From assembly GCF_001194135.2 (NCBI RefSeq), contig NC_068981.1, forward strand, positions 139,643,337 to 139,685,835: a stretch of 42,499 nucleotides of DNA. Direction: 5' to 3'. The stretch is from Octopus bimaculoides (lineage: Eukaryota). Under the pieces are notes generated by a model. It worked only from the letters and a program-made list of their open reading frames with translations, did no database searches and was not told where the DNA came from. This document shows, one piece after another, positions 25,745 through 37,228 of this stretch (positions within the stretch are counted from its first letter, which is position 1; every line of letters begins with the position of its first letter). The position numbers were made by a program, and so were the translations under genes.

Positions 25745-25925
25745 TTTCACCTCCCCCACACCCCACACTCCAACACCACCACACCACACCAAACACCACC
25801 ACACCACACACCACCATACCACACCACATCACACCATCCCGCACAGACTAGCACAGACCAGCACCCACACCAGCGCACACACTAGCACTGACCACTTCCC
25901 AGCACCTACACCATCATCCACGCGC
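25745..25925. repeat. C/A-rich low-complexity tract (CACAC/CACCA)
   Basis: Direct inspection. Confidence 0.85.
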
Positions 25926-27530
25926 CTATTTATTGAGGCTATTATTGTGGCTAAGTTATTAATCAGACATTGGCCTATTCTGATTTTATTCCTAAATAAT
26001 TCTGTGTATTTATTATTAACGTTTAGGTGTTTATCTATGATTTTCATTAATGAGCGAAATATGTTTGATTTGAGGTGCATGGTGTATGGGATTACGAGCC
26101 AGATATTATCACTATTTTGTTTATCTTTTGTGTTGTTTTTTCTAGTATAGAAACTACCCTACTTGTTTGTAATACGTGTGAAGTTATGGTTGTATGTATC
26201 GTGGTTATATGCATAGTTAGGTTTCACTGACGTGTTACTTTTGTCTGTCCTATTGGTGTTATTATCGTAGGGTTCATGTGGGTTAGAGGGCCTGGTTTTC
26301 TTGCTATTAACAGGGTTCATATTACTTCGTTGGGTGGCATTAGTTTTATTAGTACCGATGTGTAGGTTTATACTCTTATGTTTGTAGCTCATGTTATTTT
26401 GGGGCTTATTTGCGTACTTTGTGTTATTAGTTTGTTAATATAGTTAATCTCATTTAATATCACTTTCTCGGTATTAGTGTTGCGGTTATTTTTGTTGTTA
26501 TTAGTGGTTCGTGTATGGTCCTTGACGTTGTTCTCATTGGTGTTGTTTCTGATGGTGTAACCTGTAGTGTTCTTATAGTTGGTGTAGTTTGTGGTGGTGC
26601 ATGGTGTGTGGTTGGTGTTAGTGGTATTAGTGAGTGGATTCCTGTTATTTGGGCTACTTGTAGGGTGATTAGAGTCAATGTATTTGATTTTTGGTTTAAA
26701 TCTTGCTTTCTGTAGTGTGGAGTTATAGATTTCTTTATGTCTGTTAAAGATATCTATGTTGGAAGAGAGGCATGATATTCTATTGCTAATGCTATGCATT
26801 AAGATTCTCTTAATAAAGTTGAGGTGGTTATTTGAAGCGCTTATATATTTGAGGTTCGGTTTCGGTTTTCATGTAGGGTGCATGGACGCCTCTGGCTAGG
26901 TTGCAGGTTGTGTCTAAGTAGTTGATAGAGGTGTGTTCCGTTTTTCCTTTTCAATAGACATAGTCGAAATCTTTTAAAGAAGTTATGTAGTTTTATGTTC
27001 TTGACAAGCTCTAGTTTCCTATTTGAGGGTCTCTCGATTATGAAGAGGGCTTCGTCCCTGTATAATCCGCCTTTGAATTCTGGGAATTTTTCCTGTACGT
27101 ATGAGAGCAAATAAAAGTCTACCAGGTCAGTTACATGTACTGAATCTGGGGCTCCCATGGTGATATCAAAAGAGTTAGGGGTATCTATACGTATCCAGAG
27201 TATATTATCAAAGCTAATAAGTGATTTCCTTGCTTCTAATTTTACATTTATTTCCTTCATGTTCCATTGCGTGTGATTTGTAGCGTATATTAGAGCAGTA
27301 TTGAGGATCGTAGGGTTAACTGAGGAGTAGTAGTCTACTATGTCTATCTGTATGAATTTGTAGTTGCTCATGTCGCATATGTTGGAGAACCAATTTATGT
27401 CTTCAGATGTGTTGGACCATAATTCTACGGTTATTCTACTTTTTAGCTTAGGGATGTATTTATCGAGTATTAGTTTGCTTAATTTACATAGGTCTGAAGA
27501 GATTTACTAAAATTAGTTAATCGAAACGAT
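25926..27530 (-). mobile_element. Degenerate Penelope-like element RT (same lineage as 7900-8705) with an expanded Asn/Thr-rich linker
   Basis: RLTNFSKS/DLCKLSKLILDK; LWSNTSEDINWF; FIQIDIVDYYSSV; FDITMGAPD; GLYRDEAL; SISNRISCLSSNIDIF; NIWLVIPY...KSNIFRSLMKIIDKH. Confidence 0.9.
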
Positions 27531-27979
27531 CGGAAATACTACCTTCCTCTTTGCTTCCATCTTCTTTGTTTTCTAATTAAATTAAAGGCATGCCAACGAA
27601 AACGACGAGACTCCCCTCGTTATTACATCCATTTTCTTTTCTTATATAATCTAAACTACGGTCTACCAACCGAATCATCTTCTACTGTAGAACTTTACAA
27701 AAGACTGTACCTACCCAGGTAATAACCAGGGGCGACTTTGGATTTAATTATCCCTTATAGCTATTAAGCTCCACTAAATGATACCTACACGTTATATATA
27801 TAAATTTATTTATTTATATATATATGTATGTGTGTGTGAATGTAAGTGTGTATATACGCATGTACGTATATGTATAGGCAGACGTCTTTCTCTGTATGAG
27901 TTTATATATATATATATATATATATACATATATACATATACATACATACATACATCAATATATAAATATGTGTGTTATT

Positions 27980-28012
<33 letters not shown>

Positions 28013-28984
28013 TCACACACATAAATTTATACACGCGTACTTATACGTACGCATATATGTAAGTATGCAATAAGCATATATATGTGTGTGTGTGTGCGTG
28101 TGTGTGTGTGTGTGTGTATGTGTGCGTGTGTGTATTTACAGAGGTGTGTGTATGTAGGACCAGAAACACAAGTGCATCTAGTCTTTTAATGATTTAGAAA
28201 TGATAGCTTTCCAGTCTCTCATACCTTAGGTTATATAATCTAAAATACAATAAACGTCATGAAATAACGATTCGCAGTATTAATCTTTTGTAGAATCTCT
28301 ATTTAAGTATATAACAACAGCAAAAACCACATCAATAACAACAATAATGATAAAAAAACAAATACTCTTAACCAACCATAAGTAGAATCAATGAGCCTTT
28401 TGTTTGTTTGGCTGTTTTTTTTCGTTTGCATAAGTTATTGCTTTCATTGCGTATCTTTATGCAGACATCTTTTCATTGTAATTGAGGAAAATCACACCAA
28501 AATATTCAGAAATAAATAGTAACTGACCATGATAAAAACAAATATTTACCTACAAATTACTGATGTTGAAAACAAGGAAAATAACAAAAAATAGTCGCGA
28601 AAAGATTTGTTTAATGAAAAGAGTCCTCAAAAAATCATTCAGATATTTGAAACAAATGTTTGACTAAGTTACGAAGATAATAACTGACATTACACGAAGG
28701 AAATCAGATATTTAAAAGTTAACCAAAATGATCTTACCTTCCTAACATACGCAATAAATGAAAAGTAATATTACAACGTCAAATATAGTAATTGAATATA
28801 AATATATAGTGGATCTCCGTCGGTCGACGTTAAAAAATCAGTTGTTTAATCAACGGACTTACCAGCTTCTGAATTAAACGTGTAAGAAGTGGCAGTGAGA
28901 TACTCAGTTGCGTATATACTAAAAGTAAGTGCTAAGTAGAATCGGCGTGTTGAAGTGTATAACAGAGCTGTATTTTTGAATCAC

Positions 28985-29150
28985 TGGTGCAACTGCCCGA
29001 TGGGATTTTTTACACTTTCTGCTTGTCCATTTCCACTCACAAGGAATGGGTTGACCAGAGACTATAGATATCGTATCCTTTCAAGATGGCAAGCGGTGGA
29101 ATCGAACACTGTACATCGTAGTTGCGAAGCGATTTTCTTAACCTTTCTGC
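28985..29150 (-). mobile_element. SINE family A head, old
   Basis: Minus strand ggcagaaaggttaag...gtgttcgattccac...ctatagtctctggtcaacc...ccttgtgagtggaaatgg aligns with the family A head. Confidence 0.6.
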
Positions 29151-29329
29151 CATATTAATCCCCCACATACATGCACACACATAAATACGTATATATGTCT
29201 ACACACATACACTTGCGAATTATACCGAAACTGATGCATATATGTGTCATAACTATTTTATTAACTGACACAGGTCATTGAAACTCCATGTGTTGGCAGA
29301 GTTATTGTATAGATTTCTTCATATCTGTG

Positions 29330-29770
29330 AAATTTCAAGCGAAGCGGTGTAGCTGAGTTATAGAAGGGAGGCGGACAAACTCTCTATTTACAGAGAAGAC
29401 GCCATTGACAAGAGCAACGTGCACAGATGGAGAAGTAGGGAAATTTAATACTGAAGATGCACTGTGGAAAAATTAATAAGAATTCAAGTAATTGTTACGG
29501 ACTTGGACTCTAGTCATCATGCATTACAGAAGATGGTGAGATAGTCTAAGACTTTGGGTATTGGCAAACGTGCAAAGTGACAACCATTTTAACGTACTGA
29601 GGGTAGGTAGTCTGCTCTGGTTTGCTGGAACCCTTTGAAGACAACTAAAGCGTTTGTTTTGTTTTGGTTTTGGTAGCAGAGGATGAAATGTGGGTGTATG
29701 TTTATGATCAGGAAATGGAAATTCGGTTTATGGAAGGAAACAGCCACGGACGGGACGTCGTCTTTGGTTG
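29330..29770 (+). mobile_element. Highly degenerate mariner transposase fragment
   Basis: YREDAIDKSNVHRW (HTH region) and VAEDEMWVYVYDQE (resembles the first catalytic motif TGDETWVYHYDPE). Confidence 0.6.
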
Positions 29771-29984
29771 GTGTGCGCGATTATAGTTAACCTGGTGCTA
29801 AAGAACAATAATTATAGTATGGTTTATTGAGTGAAACTTAAAATAATTTTATCTTCATCATGTCTTGATAAAATGTCAGCCAAGTCTTCCTGAGATAACA
29901 CATAATTGCGTTAATATCTGGACACAGTGTAATAAGAATACACCTGTTTATACGGCTGTATTCTTAATGCACACAATTTTTTTT

Positions 29985-30015
<31 letters not shown>

Positions 30016-30095
30016 AACATACACACACACAAACATACACACACACAAACATACACACACACACAAACATACACACACACAAACATACACACACA
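29985..30095. repeat. (TC)n-(CA)n with recurring AAACATACACACAC units
   Basis: Direct inspection. Confidence 0.9.
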
Positions 30096-30666
30096 TCCAA
30101 CCGTTTGGAGAAATTCATAACATATGAACACAGAGTATAACAAGACACCAGTACACAAGCATTGACTTATGCACACAGTACCTTATTTCATATACTGCAA
30201 TTTGCAGGTACACACACCGTTACACAAATGTCAGTCAAAAATTAGTTGCTCTAACTGCTAAAAAAAAAAACTAATCTTCCCTCAAATCACAGTTCCGACA
30301 GCCTTAAATAACAAAAAGGAAACGTGGCAGAATGTAGTTCATGATATACTAACATAGAAATTAGATTGGACTGGAGTGAGTACTTGAATAAATTTGTTAG
30401 ATCTTGAGTTAACTTGGTGGGAATAAGTTCACTCTAGGCAATAAGTATACGATCAAGCATACGAATGGTCACTCAAACCATTAGGCATTGTAGCCAATCA
30501 ATTTCAAATCGTGAGAGAGCAGTCTGGAAAAAAAGCAAGCATATATTGGAGAAAGCTCTTTTTGCTATGCAAAATTATAGCTAGTAACGGCTGGAATGCC
30601 TTTGACTAAAGGTTTGCTCCATCACTTTTAAGCTTGAGCTACACAATAATTATAATAACTGATACT

Positions 30667-30960
30667 CAGTCAGTTACGACGACGAGGGTTTCAGTTGATC
30701 TGATCCACGGAACAGCTTGATAGTGAAATTAACGTGCATGTGGCTGAGCACTCCACAAACACGTGTACCCTTAACATAGTTTTCAGGAAGATTAAGCGTG
30801 ACACAGAGTGCTACAAGGCTGGTTCTTTGAAATACAGGTACTACTCATTTTTGCCAGCTGAGTGGACTGGAGCAACGTGAAATAAAGTGTTTTTGCTTAA
30901 GGATACAATGCGTCGTATGCAAGGTTGTGAGTCAAATACTCTAAGCACTTAACCACATAT
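30667..30960 (-). mobile_element. SINE family C, variant head
   Basis: Shares the body ...gtgaaattaacgtgca.gtgg.tgagcactccaca.acacgtgtaccc.taac...acaaggctgg.. with 35574-35949, then diverges (gccagctgagtggactggagcaacgtgaaataaagtg). Confidence 0.8.
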
Positions 30961-31029
30961 CTACGTTTACCTGAAGATGATTTGTTTAACGCCGTATTTC
31001 CTTCCATACCTGGAGTGTGTAAAGTGGCA

Positions 31030-31120
31030 CACAGTGCTCAGCCACTTGCACATTCATTTCACGATCAGGATGTTCCCTTCATGGGATCAACTGGAATTTT
31101 CGTCGTCGTAACCGACGGAG
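31030..31120 (+). mobile_element. SINE family C 3' fragment, inverted relative to 30667-30960
   Basis: agtgctcagccacttgcac...ggatcaactggaa...cgtcgtcgtaac is the reverse complement of 30671-30752. Confidence 0.8.
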
Positions 31121-32157
31121 TGACAGTTATATATATATATGTATCCCTCCACCAGAATTTAAGGTCATTTGTCTATGGTAAAAAGGGTTATTTTTATCAC
31201 TATCATCATCATAATCAGTAGCAGCAGCAACAGAAACATCTGCTGCCCCGATATCCTGATAATCATTGCTTTCACCGCATTCATTCCGTCGTGTGTGTGT
31301 GTGTGTGTGTGTGTGTATGTAAATTCATACACTACATGTCCCCAAGAACACAACAGAACACACAAACGCACACACATGTAATATATGTATGTATATATAT
31401 NNNNNNNNNNGTGTGTGTGTGTGTGTGTATACATATATAATTATAGTATAACAATGCTTCAATGGGATAACCCTGCTGAAGGGAATTTTTGATAAAAGCC
31501 AACATCTTTTTATTAAGAAATTGCAGTTTCTATTAACATGTATATATAAAGACTGTTTTGAACGGAACATATGTGGAAACTATTTCGATATTTTTGGAAT
31601 GAATACGATTTGTTTGGCAACGAGCGCAGAATAAATGTTTTCAGGGAAAAACACGAACAAACTTAAACTAGTAATTTGAATAATGTATCTTGTTTTCTTT
31701 AGCTATTTTAGTCGTAATATTTTTTGTAATTCTGGTGAAGATACTAACGTGCTCTTCCAGTTACATTTAGTAATAATTTAGATCCTTATCTGTATATATT
31801 CTTTTTCAAAGCTTAATTTCGCCGTTTCATATGCTATTGAGTATCGTTATTGTGTTCTTGTTTATTTCTAAAAACAAATTCTCGAAAGTTTGTTTTGTGT
31901 CTCACAAAATCAAGTTCAAATCCTGTTACTCCAATTGTGAGTGATTCTTATATTACGATTACACAATCCTAAAACAACTACTCCTGGCTTTACTACGCAT
32001 TTGAAACCAATGATAAGGTACACATAATATAGATATGGAGTTACGCCTTGCAGATCTTCCAGTTTAACCCCAAGAACCGTTACTCAAATAAAGTTTGTAT
32101 ATTTCACTTTCTTGCAAGCATTCAGGCATCAATATGACAACCGATATTTAAAGTGGT

Positions 32158-32335
32158 GGGTTGGCGGAATCATTAAGCACCCGGGCAGAATGGTTTGTAG
32201 CAGTTCGTTCGTATTTACATTCTGAGCTCGAATTTCGTCGAGCTTTGGGGGTGGTGTGGGGTTCCGTGGAATCGACTTATCCGTCCCTTAAAACTGTTGG
32301 TCTCGTGCCAAAATTTGAAACCAATATGATAACAG
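32158..32335 (+). mobile_element. SINE family B, degenerate
   Basis: ggcggaatcattaagcacccgggc...ttacattctgagctcgaattt...ggtctcgtgccaaaatttgaaacca. Confidence 0.7.
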
Positions 32336-32614
32336 ATCTCTCATATAAGGGAACATAGATTCTTCGGTTATTCAGTTCACGAGTATCGCTTTGTAAAATA
32401 TGATTATATATTCAGTAAAGAATCAATTCAGAAATAATTCTTTGTACTATAGACACAATGCCTCTAATCCGTAGATAATAGTTCCTGTAATAATAATATT
32501 TCATGGGAAATGACTGGAAGTTAAATCTGATTAAACTCTAAAGTCTCATTACCCTTGCCTCTTCTTGCTGTGCGCGTGTTTATGTATAATATACGAGGAT
32601 GTGCTGAGGATTTT

Positions 32615-32722
32615 GTTGGCCCGAGGCTATAGCGGAAGTCAGTGGGACTGAAACCGCAACCATGTGGTTGGAAGCAAGCTTCTTTATTTCATCAAATTTG
32701 CCATAAAGGCCACGCCTGCACC
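32615..32722 (-). mobile_element. SINE family A head fragment
   Basis: ggcccgaggctatag...cagtgggactgaaaccgcaaccatgtggttggaagcaagcttctt matches the reverse complement of the family A head. Confidence 0.65.
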
Positions 32723-33003
32723 TAAAATATATAAAAGATTGATAGAAAGATATAAGATTAGTTTATATCGGTTACAATTGTTGCATTAGCAATTGGTTTT
32801 ACTTTGTATTACTCAAAAATGATGGCGTGTGTTAATTTACACAACACTTATAAGTTATAGGTCGCTTAAATAGTGAGGAATGTTATTGTTTGTCAGCTGC
32901 TTATTAGACTAGTAATTATATACGGTATACGTATATTTTCCGTCTCATATTCAAATGAACAAAAAAAAAAAAAATACCAACAATAATGCCGCAAATGATA
33001 GTG

Positions 33004-33530
33004 ATTATTTCTACTCTATGCATAAGGCCTTGAAAACTTTTTGAGGAAGGGGGCTTGTCAGTTACATGACCCCCAGTGCGTAACTGGTACTTATTTCATC
33101 GACACTGAAAGGATGAAAGGCAAAGTCGACCTAGACGGAATTTGAACTCAGAACGTAGCGGCAGACGAAATACCATTTCTCCCGACGAGCTAAAAATTCC
33201 GCAAATGATACTAATAAGGCACAGAAATATTGGTTATAATAATAAAGCCAGCAACATCAATGATAAACTGTTCAGGAGGCCCGAATTTTTGAGGGAGTGG
33301 GTATCAATTACATGGGCTCCAGTACTTCACTGTTATTTATTTTATCGAGCTAAAAAAAACACAAAATGCAAATTCGACCTCGGTGGAATTTGAACATGGA
33401 ACGTAAAGACGAATAAAATGCTACTCGGCATTTTCTCCAGTGTATTAACAACTCTGCCAGATCGCCGCCTTAGCAACAAAAATATTTCAAATTTTTGCCA
33501 CAACAATTTTCTGCCAGCTCGTCGCCTTAG
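33004..33530 (-). mobile_element. Two or three SINE family B copies/fragments (33004-33178, 33365-33472, 33473-33530)
   Basis: aaaggcaaagtcgacct...ggaatttgaactcagaacgta and ctgccagctcgtcgcctta motifs. Confidence 0.8.
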
Positions 33531-33589
33531 TGATGATACTAAGAGTACCATCAAAAGAGCAACGAAAAAAGTAGTAGTAATAGTCTTTT

Positions 33590-33810
33590 ATTCTTTTATT
33601 TGTTTCAGTTACTAGACTGCGGCCATATTGGAGCACCATCTTGAAGAATTTTAGACGAACTATTTGACACTAGTACTTACTTTTTGAAGCCTAGTACTTT
33701 TTCTGTCGGTCTTATGTCGTATTGCTAAGTTACGGTGACACAGTCACACCAACACCAGCTGTCAAGCGGTGGTGGGGGACAAAAAAAAAAAACGGACAGA
33801 CAGACACACA
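33590..33810 (-). mobile_element. SINE family A 3' half
   Basis: ttcttttatttgtttcagt...gcggccatattggagcacc...agcctagtactt...gctaagttacgg...gtcaagcggtggtggggg; colinear with 18350-18545. Confidence 0.75.
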
Positions 33811-34567
33811 TAAATATCCCTCAACGACATACCTATTCCATTTCAGAAAAAAAATTTCCTCCTAATTTTACTTAAAAACAAATGACCTAACAATTCTGTC
33901 AGCTTACCGCCCTCCTGTATCGGTAATAATGATAACAAAAACAAGGAAGAGTAATAATATCTATCAAATTATAGCTAATGTAAACGCTGGTTGGTTTGGC
34001 TGAAAACCCCGTCACCTTTTACATCGTATAGAGAAGGGATGAGAATGTGTAAAAAAGAGATACAGAAGTTAACGTAAGAAGTACAGAATGAGTAAGTATC
34101 ATAATTTTCTGAAAATGAGACATTTTCTTTTTCAAATGAAAACTTGCAGACATCGTTAATCGATGAAGTGGATTGCGATTATTTTGATAAAATTTAGAAT
34201 GATAATGACATATTTATGGCAAATATTCGAAGGAGAAATATTTTAAAAATTATATTTTAAGGTAATATTTATGTTTTGAAAATTGGTATTTATTTCATCA
34301 TTTTGTACAAGTAGCAAGAAATTTTATAAAAGTTAAAAATTATAATATTGTATATCTACAATATTTCCTGATATTATTCGGCGTGTCAAAAGTATGCTTT
34401 CAAAGTATACCATATAGCATGGGTAACACACTTGTAGTAATCATATAACGAAAACTGAAAATAGTAAAACTGACAAGTTTTAAAAGATGAACCGTTGGAC
34501 TTCGATAAGACTTAGAGATAGGAGATAATTGGTATTTAATTGAGTGGTGCCAGAACATACTGCAATA

Positions 34568-35053
34568 CAGTATTCCCTCGACTATCGCGGGTGTTACGTT
34601 CCAAAACTTTTCGCGATAAGTGAAAATCCGCGAAGTAGAAACAGTACTGTACTGTATATATTTTTTTATCATTTTTATAATTTGTATATATTTATTTTAT
34701 TATTAATGCAAAACAATACTACACACTCGCCCCCCCCCCCAGTTTCGTTTTCGATACAGTATGTGCGATTCTTTGTTTACTCATCAACGGTACACTACGT
34801 ATTTTCTTTTAATATATTTTAATTAATGTGTTATACAGTGTAGTACTGTACTCTATTTTTATTTATTAATTTACTAATTTTTAGGCGTGAAAATGCATAT
34901 TATACCACAGAAATAATTAAAATCTAAAATATATCAATAACTATCGGCTTCAGAAACTCGCGATATACTGTGGAGTCCGCGATATAGATTTACATATATT
35001 AAAGTAGAAAAATACGTGATGTACTGAGTGCGCGATATGGCGAAGGGTTACTG
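34568..35053. mobile_element. Tigger/pogo-like MITE (486 bp) with TA target duplication
   Basis: TA-cagtattccctcgactatcgcg ... cgcgatatggcgaagggttactg-TA; imperfect ~22-bp TIRs starting CAGT; AT-rich non-coding interior. Confidence 0.8.
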
Positions 35054-35573
35054 TAGTTATAAAGTATTCAGTTGTCAAGCTGGATTAGTAATGAAGCAAA
35101 AGAAGAATAAATATGAAAATATTAGTGTATGTTATTCTACAATAGTTTTATCTTTCGATCTTCGGTAACATTACAAAGATACAAATCGATGCATAAGGAG
35201 CTAGAAGGTAGTGAAAGGAAAGATTGCAGACCAATAAGAAACTGAGAGAGAAATAGAGGGATAGAGAGAAGACAAAGGACTGTAGGGGAGGGTGATTGTG
35301 AGATTATTGAAAGGGAAAGAAAATGAGAAAGAGGTGCGAGAATGTAGGAATTGTAAGAAAATGACGAGTGAGTTAGGAAGTGGGATACAGGTGAAAGATT
35401 TACACAATTCAGTTATGCAAAAGGCTGAGTTATTTAAACTTTGAAAATGACAAATGAGCAAACAAGATAATTGGTGAAAGCTATTTTAAAATTTTCCAAG
35501 ATAGGAGTAATGGTCATTGGTTCGTGACTTTATATGACTGTTATTAAACTCTAAGCCTTTATAAGCTATTATT

Positions 35574-35949
35574 GTTGTTGTTTGGCACGACGTGGGTTCT
35601 AGTTGATCCTATCAACGGAACAGTCTGCTCGTGAAATTAACGTGCAAGTGGTTGAGCACTCCACAGACACGTGTACCCATAACGTAGATCTCGGGGAAGA
35701 TTCAGCGGGACACAGAATGTGACAAGGCTGGCCCTTTGAAATAAATGTACAACAGAAATAGGAAGAAAGAGTGAGAAAAAGTTGTGGTGAAAGTGTACAG
35801 CAGGGTTCACCACCATCCCCTGCCGGAGCCTCGTGGAGCTTTAGGTGTTTTCGCTCAATAAACACTCACAACGCCCAGTCTGGGAATCGAAACCGCGATC
35901 CTACGACTGCGAGTCCGCTGCCCTAACCAGTGGGCCATTGCGCTTCCAC
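35574..35949 (-). mobile_element. SINE family C, full length, 11-bp TSD
   Basis: tRNA-like head on the minus strand (gcgcaatggcccactggttagggcagcggactcgcag...ggtttcgattccc); short (CAA)n tail; aagctattatt at 35563-35573 and 35950-35960. Confidence 0.9.
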
Positions 35950-36002
35950 AAGCTATTATTAAGTAGAGATTATTGTTTTCGTCATTACTATTATTACTTA
36001 CA

Positions 36003-36559
36003 CTAAGGCGGTGAGCTGGCAGAAACGTTAGCACACCTGGCGAAATGCTTAGCTGTATTTCGTCTGTCTTTACGTTCTGAGTTCAAATTCCGCCGAGGTC
36101 GACTTCGCCTTTCATCCCTTCGGGGTCGATAAATTAAGTACCAGTTGCGTACTGGGGTTGATCTAATCAACTGGTCTCCTCCCCCAAAATTTCTGGCCTT
36201 GTGCCTAGAGTAGAAAAGGATATTTCGTCTGTCTTTACGTTCTGAGTTCAAATTCCGCCGTGGTCGACTGCCTTTCATCCATAAATTAAGTACCAGTTGC
36301 ATACCGAGGTAGAGGTAATCGGTTGCCACCCCCGTTCCACTCTTTGTGCCTGGAGTAGAAAAGAATCGTTAACACGTCGGCTGAAATGCATATCGGTATT
36401 TCGTCTGCCACTACGTTCTAAGTTCAAATTCCGCCTTGGTCGACTTTGCCTTTCATCCTTTCGGTGCCAATAAATTAAGTACCACTGAGATACTGGGGTC
36501 GATGTAATTGACTATCCTCCTCCCCCAAATTTCTGGCTTTGTGCCTATAGTACAAAGTA
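36003..36559 (+). mobile_element. SINE family B trimer (one full plus two 5'-truncated units) flanked by a ~21-bp TSD
   Basis: Units start near 36005, 36220 and 36363. tcattactattattacttaca (35982-36002) versus tcattattattattacttaca (36560-36580), one mismatch. Confidence 0.85.
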
Positions 36560-36615
36560 TCATTATTATTATTACTTACATTGTTATAATTATTATTGCG
36601 ATGATGATGATTATT

Positions 36616-36810
36616 AAAGTAGCGAGCTGGCAGACTAATTAGCACACCGGACAATATTCTTTGCAGCTTTTCTTCTCGCTTTACATTCTGAGTTCAAATT
36701 CTGCCGAGGTTGACTTTACCATTCATCTTCGATGAAATGAGCACTGAGGTTGATGTAATCGACTAAACCCTCCTCCAAAATTTCAGGCCTTGTCCCTTAT
36801 AGTAGAAAGG
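36616..36810 (+). mobile_element. SINE family B
   Basis: gcgagctggcagac...ttacattctgagttcaaattctgccgaggttgac...ccttgtcccttatagtagaaagg. Confidence 0.8.
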
Positions 36811-36811
36811 A

Positions 36812-37228
36812 TCGGTTTCAAATTTTGGCATAAGGGCCAGGAAGTTCGAGGGAGGTGGCAAGTCTATTACATCGAATACAAGGTTCGATTGGTACTTATG
36901 TGATGGATCCCCGAATGGGATAAAGGATAATGTCAATCTCGGCGGAATTTCAACTCAGAACGTAATGACGAACGAAATACCGCTAAGCATTTTACCCGGC
37001 ATGCTAACAATTCTTTTCTACTCTAGGCACAAGGCTCGAAATTTGGGGGAGGGGGGGCCAGTCGATTAGTTCGACCCCAGTACGCAACTGGTACTTAATT
37101 TATCGACCCCGAAACGATGAAAGGCAAAGTTGACCTCGGCGGAATTTGAACTCAGAACGTAAAGACAAACGAAATACCACTAAGCATTTTACCCGGCGTG
37201 CTAACGTTTCTGCCGGCCAGGTCGCCGC
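36812..37228 (-). mobile_element. Two tandem SINE family B units on the minus strand (36812-37010, 37012-37228)
   Basis: Reverse-complement family B cores (ctcggcggaatttgaactcagaacgta); two different tails. Confidence 0.85.

Noticed and set aside
27491-27545. Hammerhead-like string CUGAAGA-stem-GAAAC at the 5' boundary of the PLE, antisense to it
   Set aside because: Stem I and a proper NUH/stem III cannot be formed, and the opposite strand encodes the conserved RT motif RLTNFSKS, so it is probably coincidental.
36003-36810. Regularly recurring motifs resembling a CRISPR-like array
   Set aside because: The units are ~200-bp SINE copies without unique spacers, the context is eukaryotic, and there are no cas genes.
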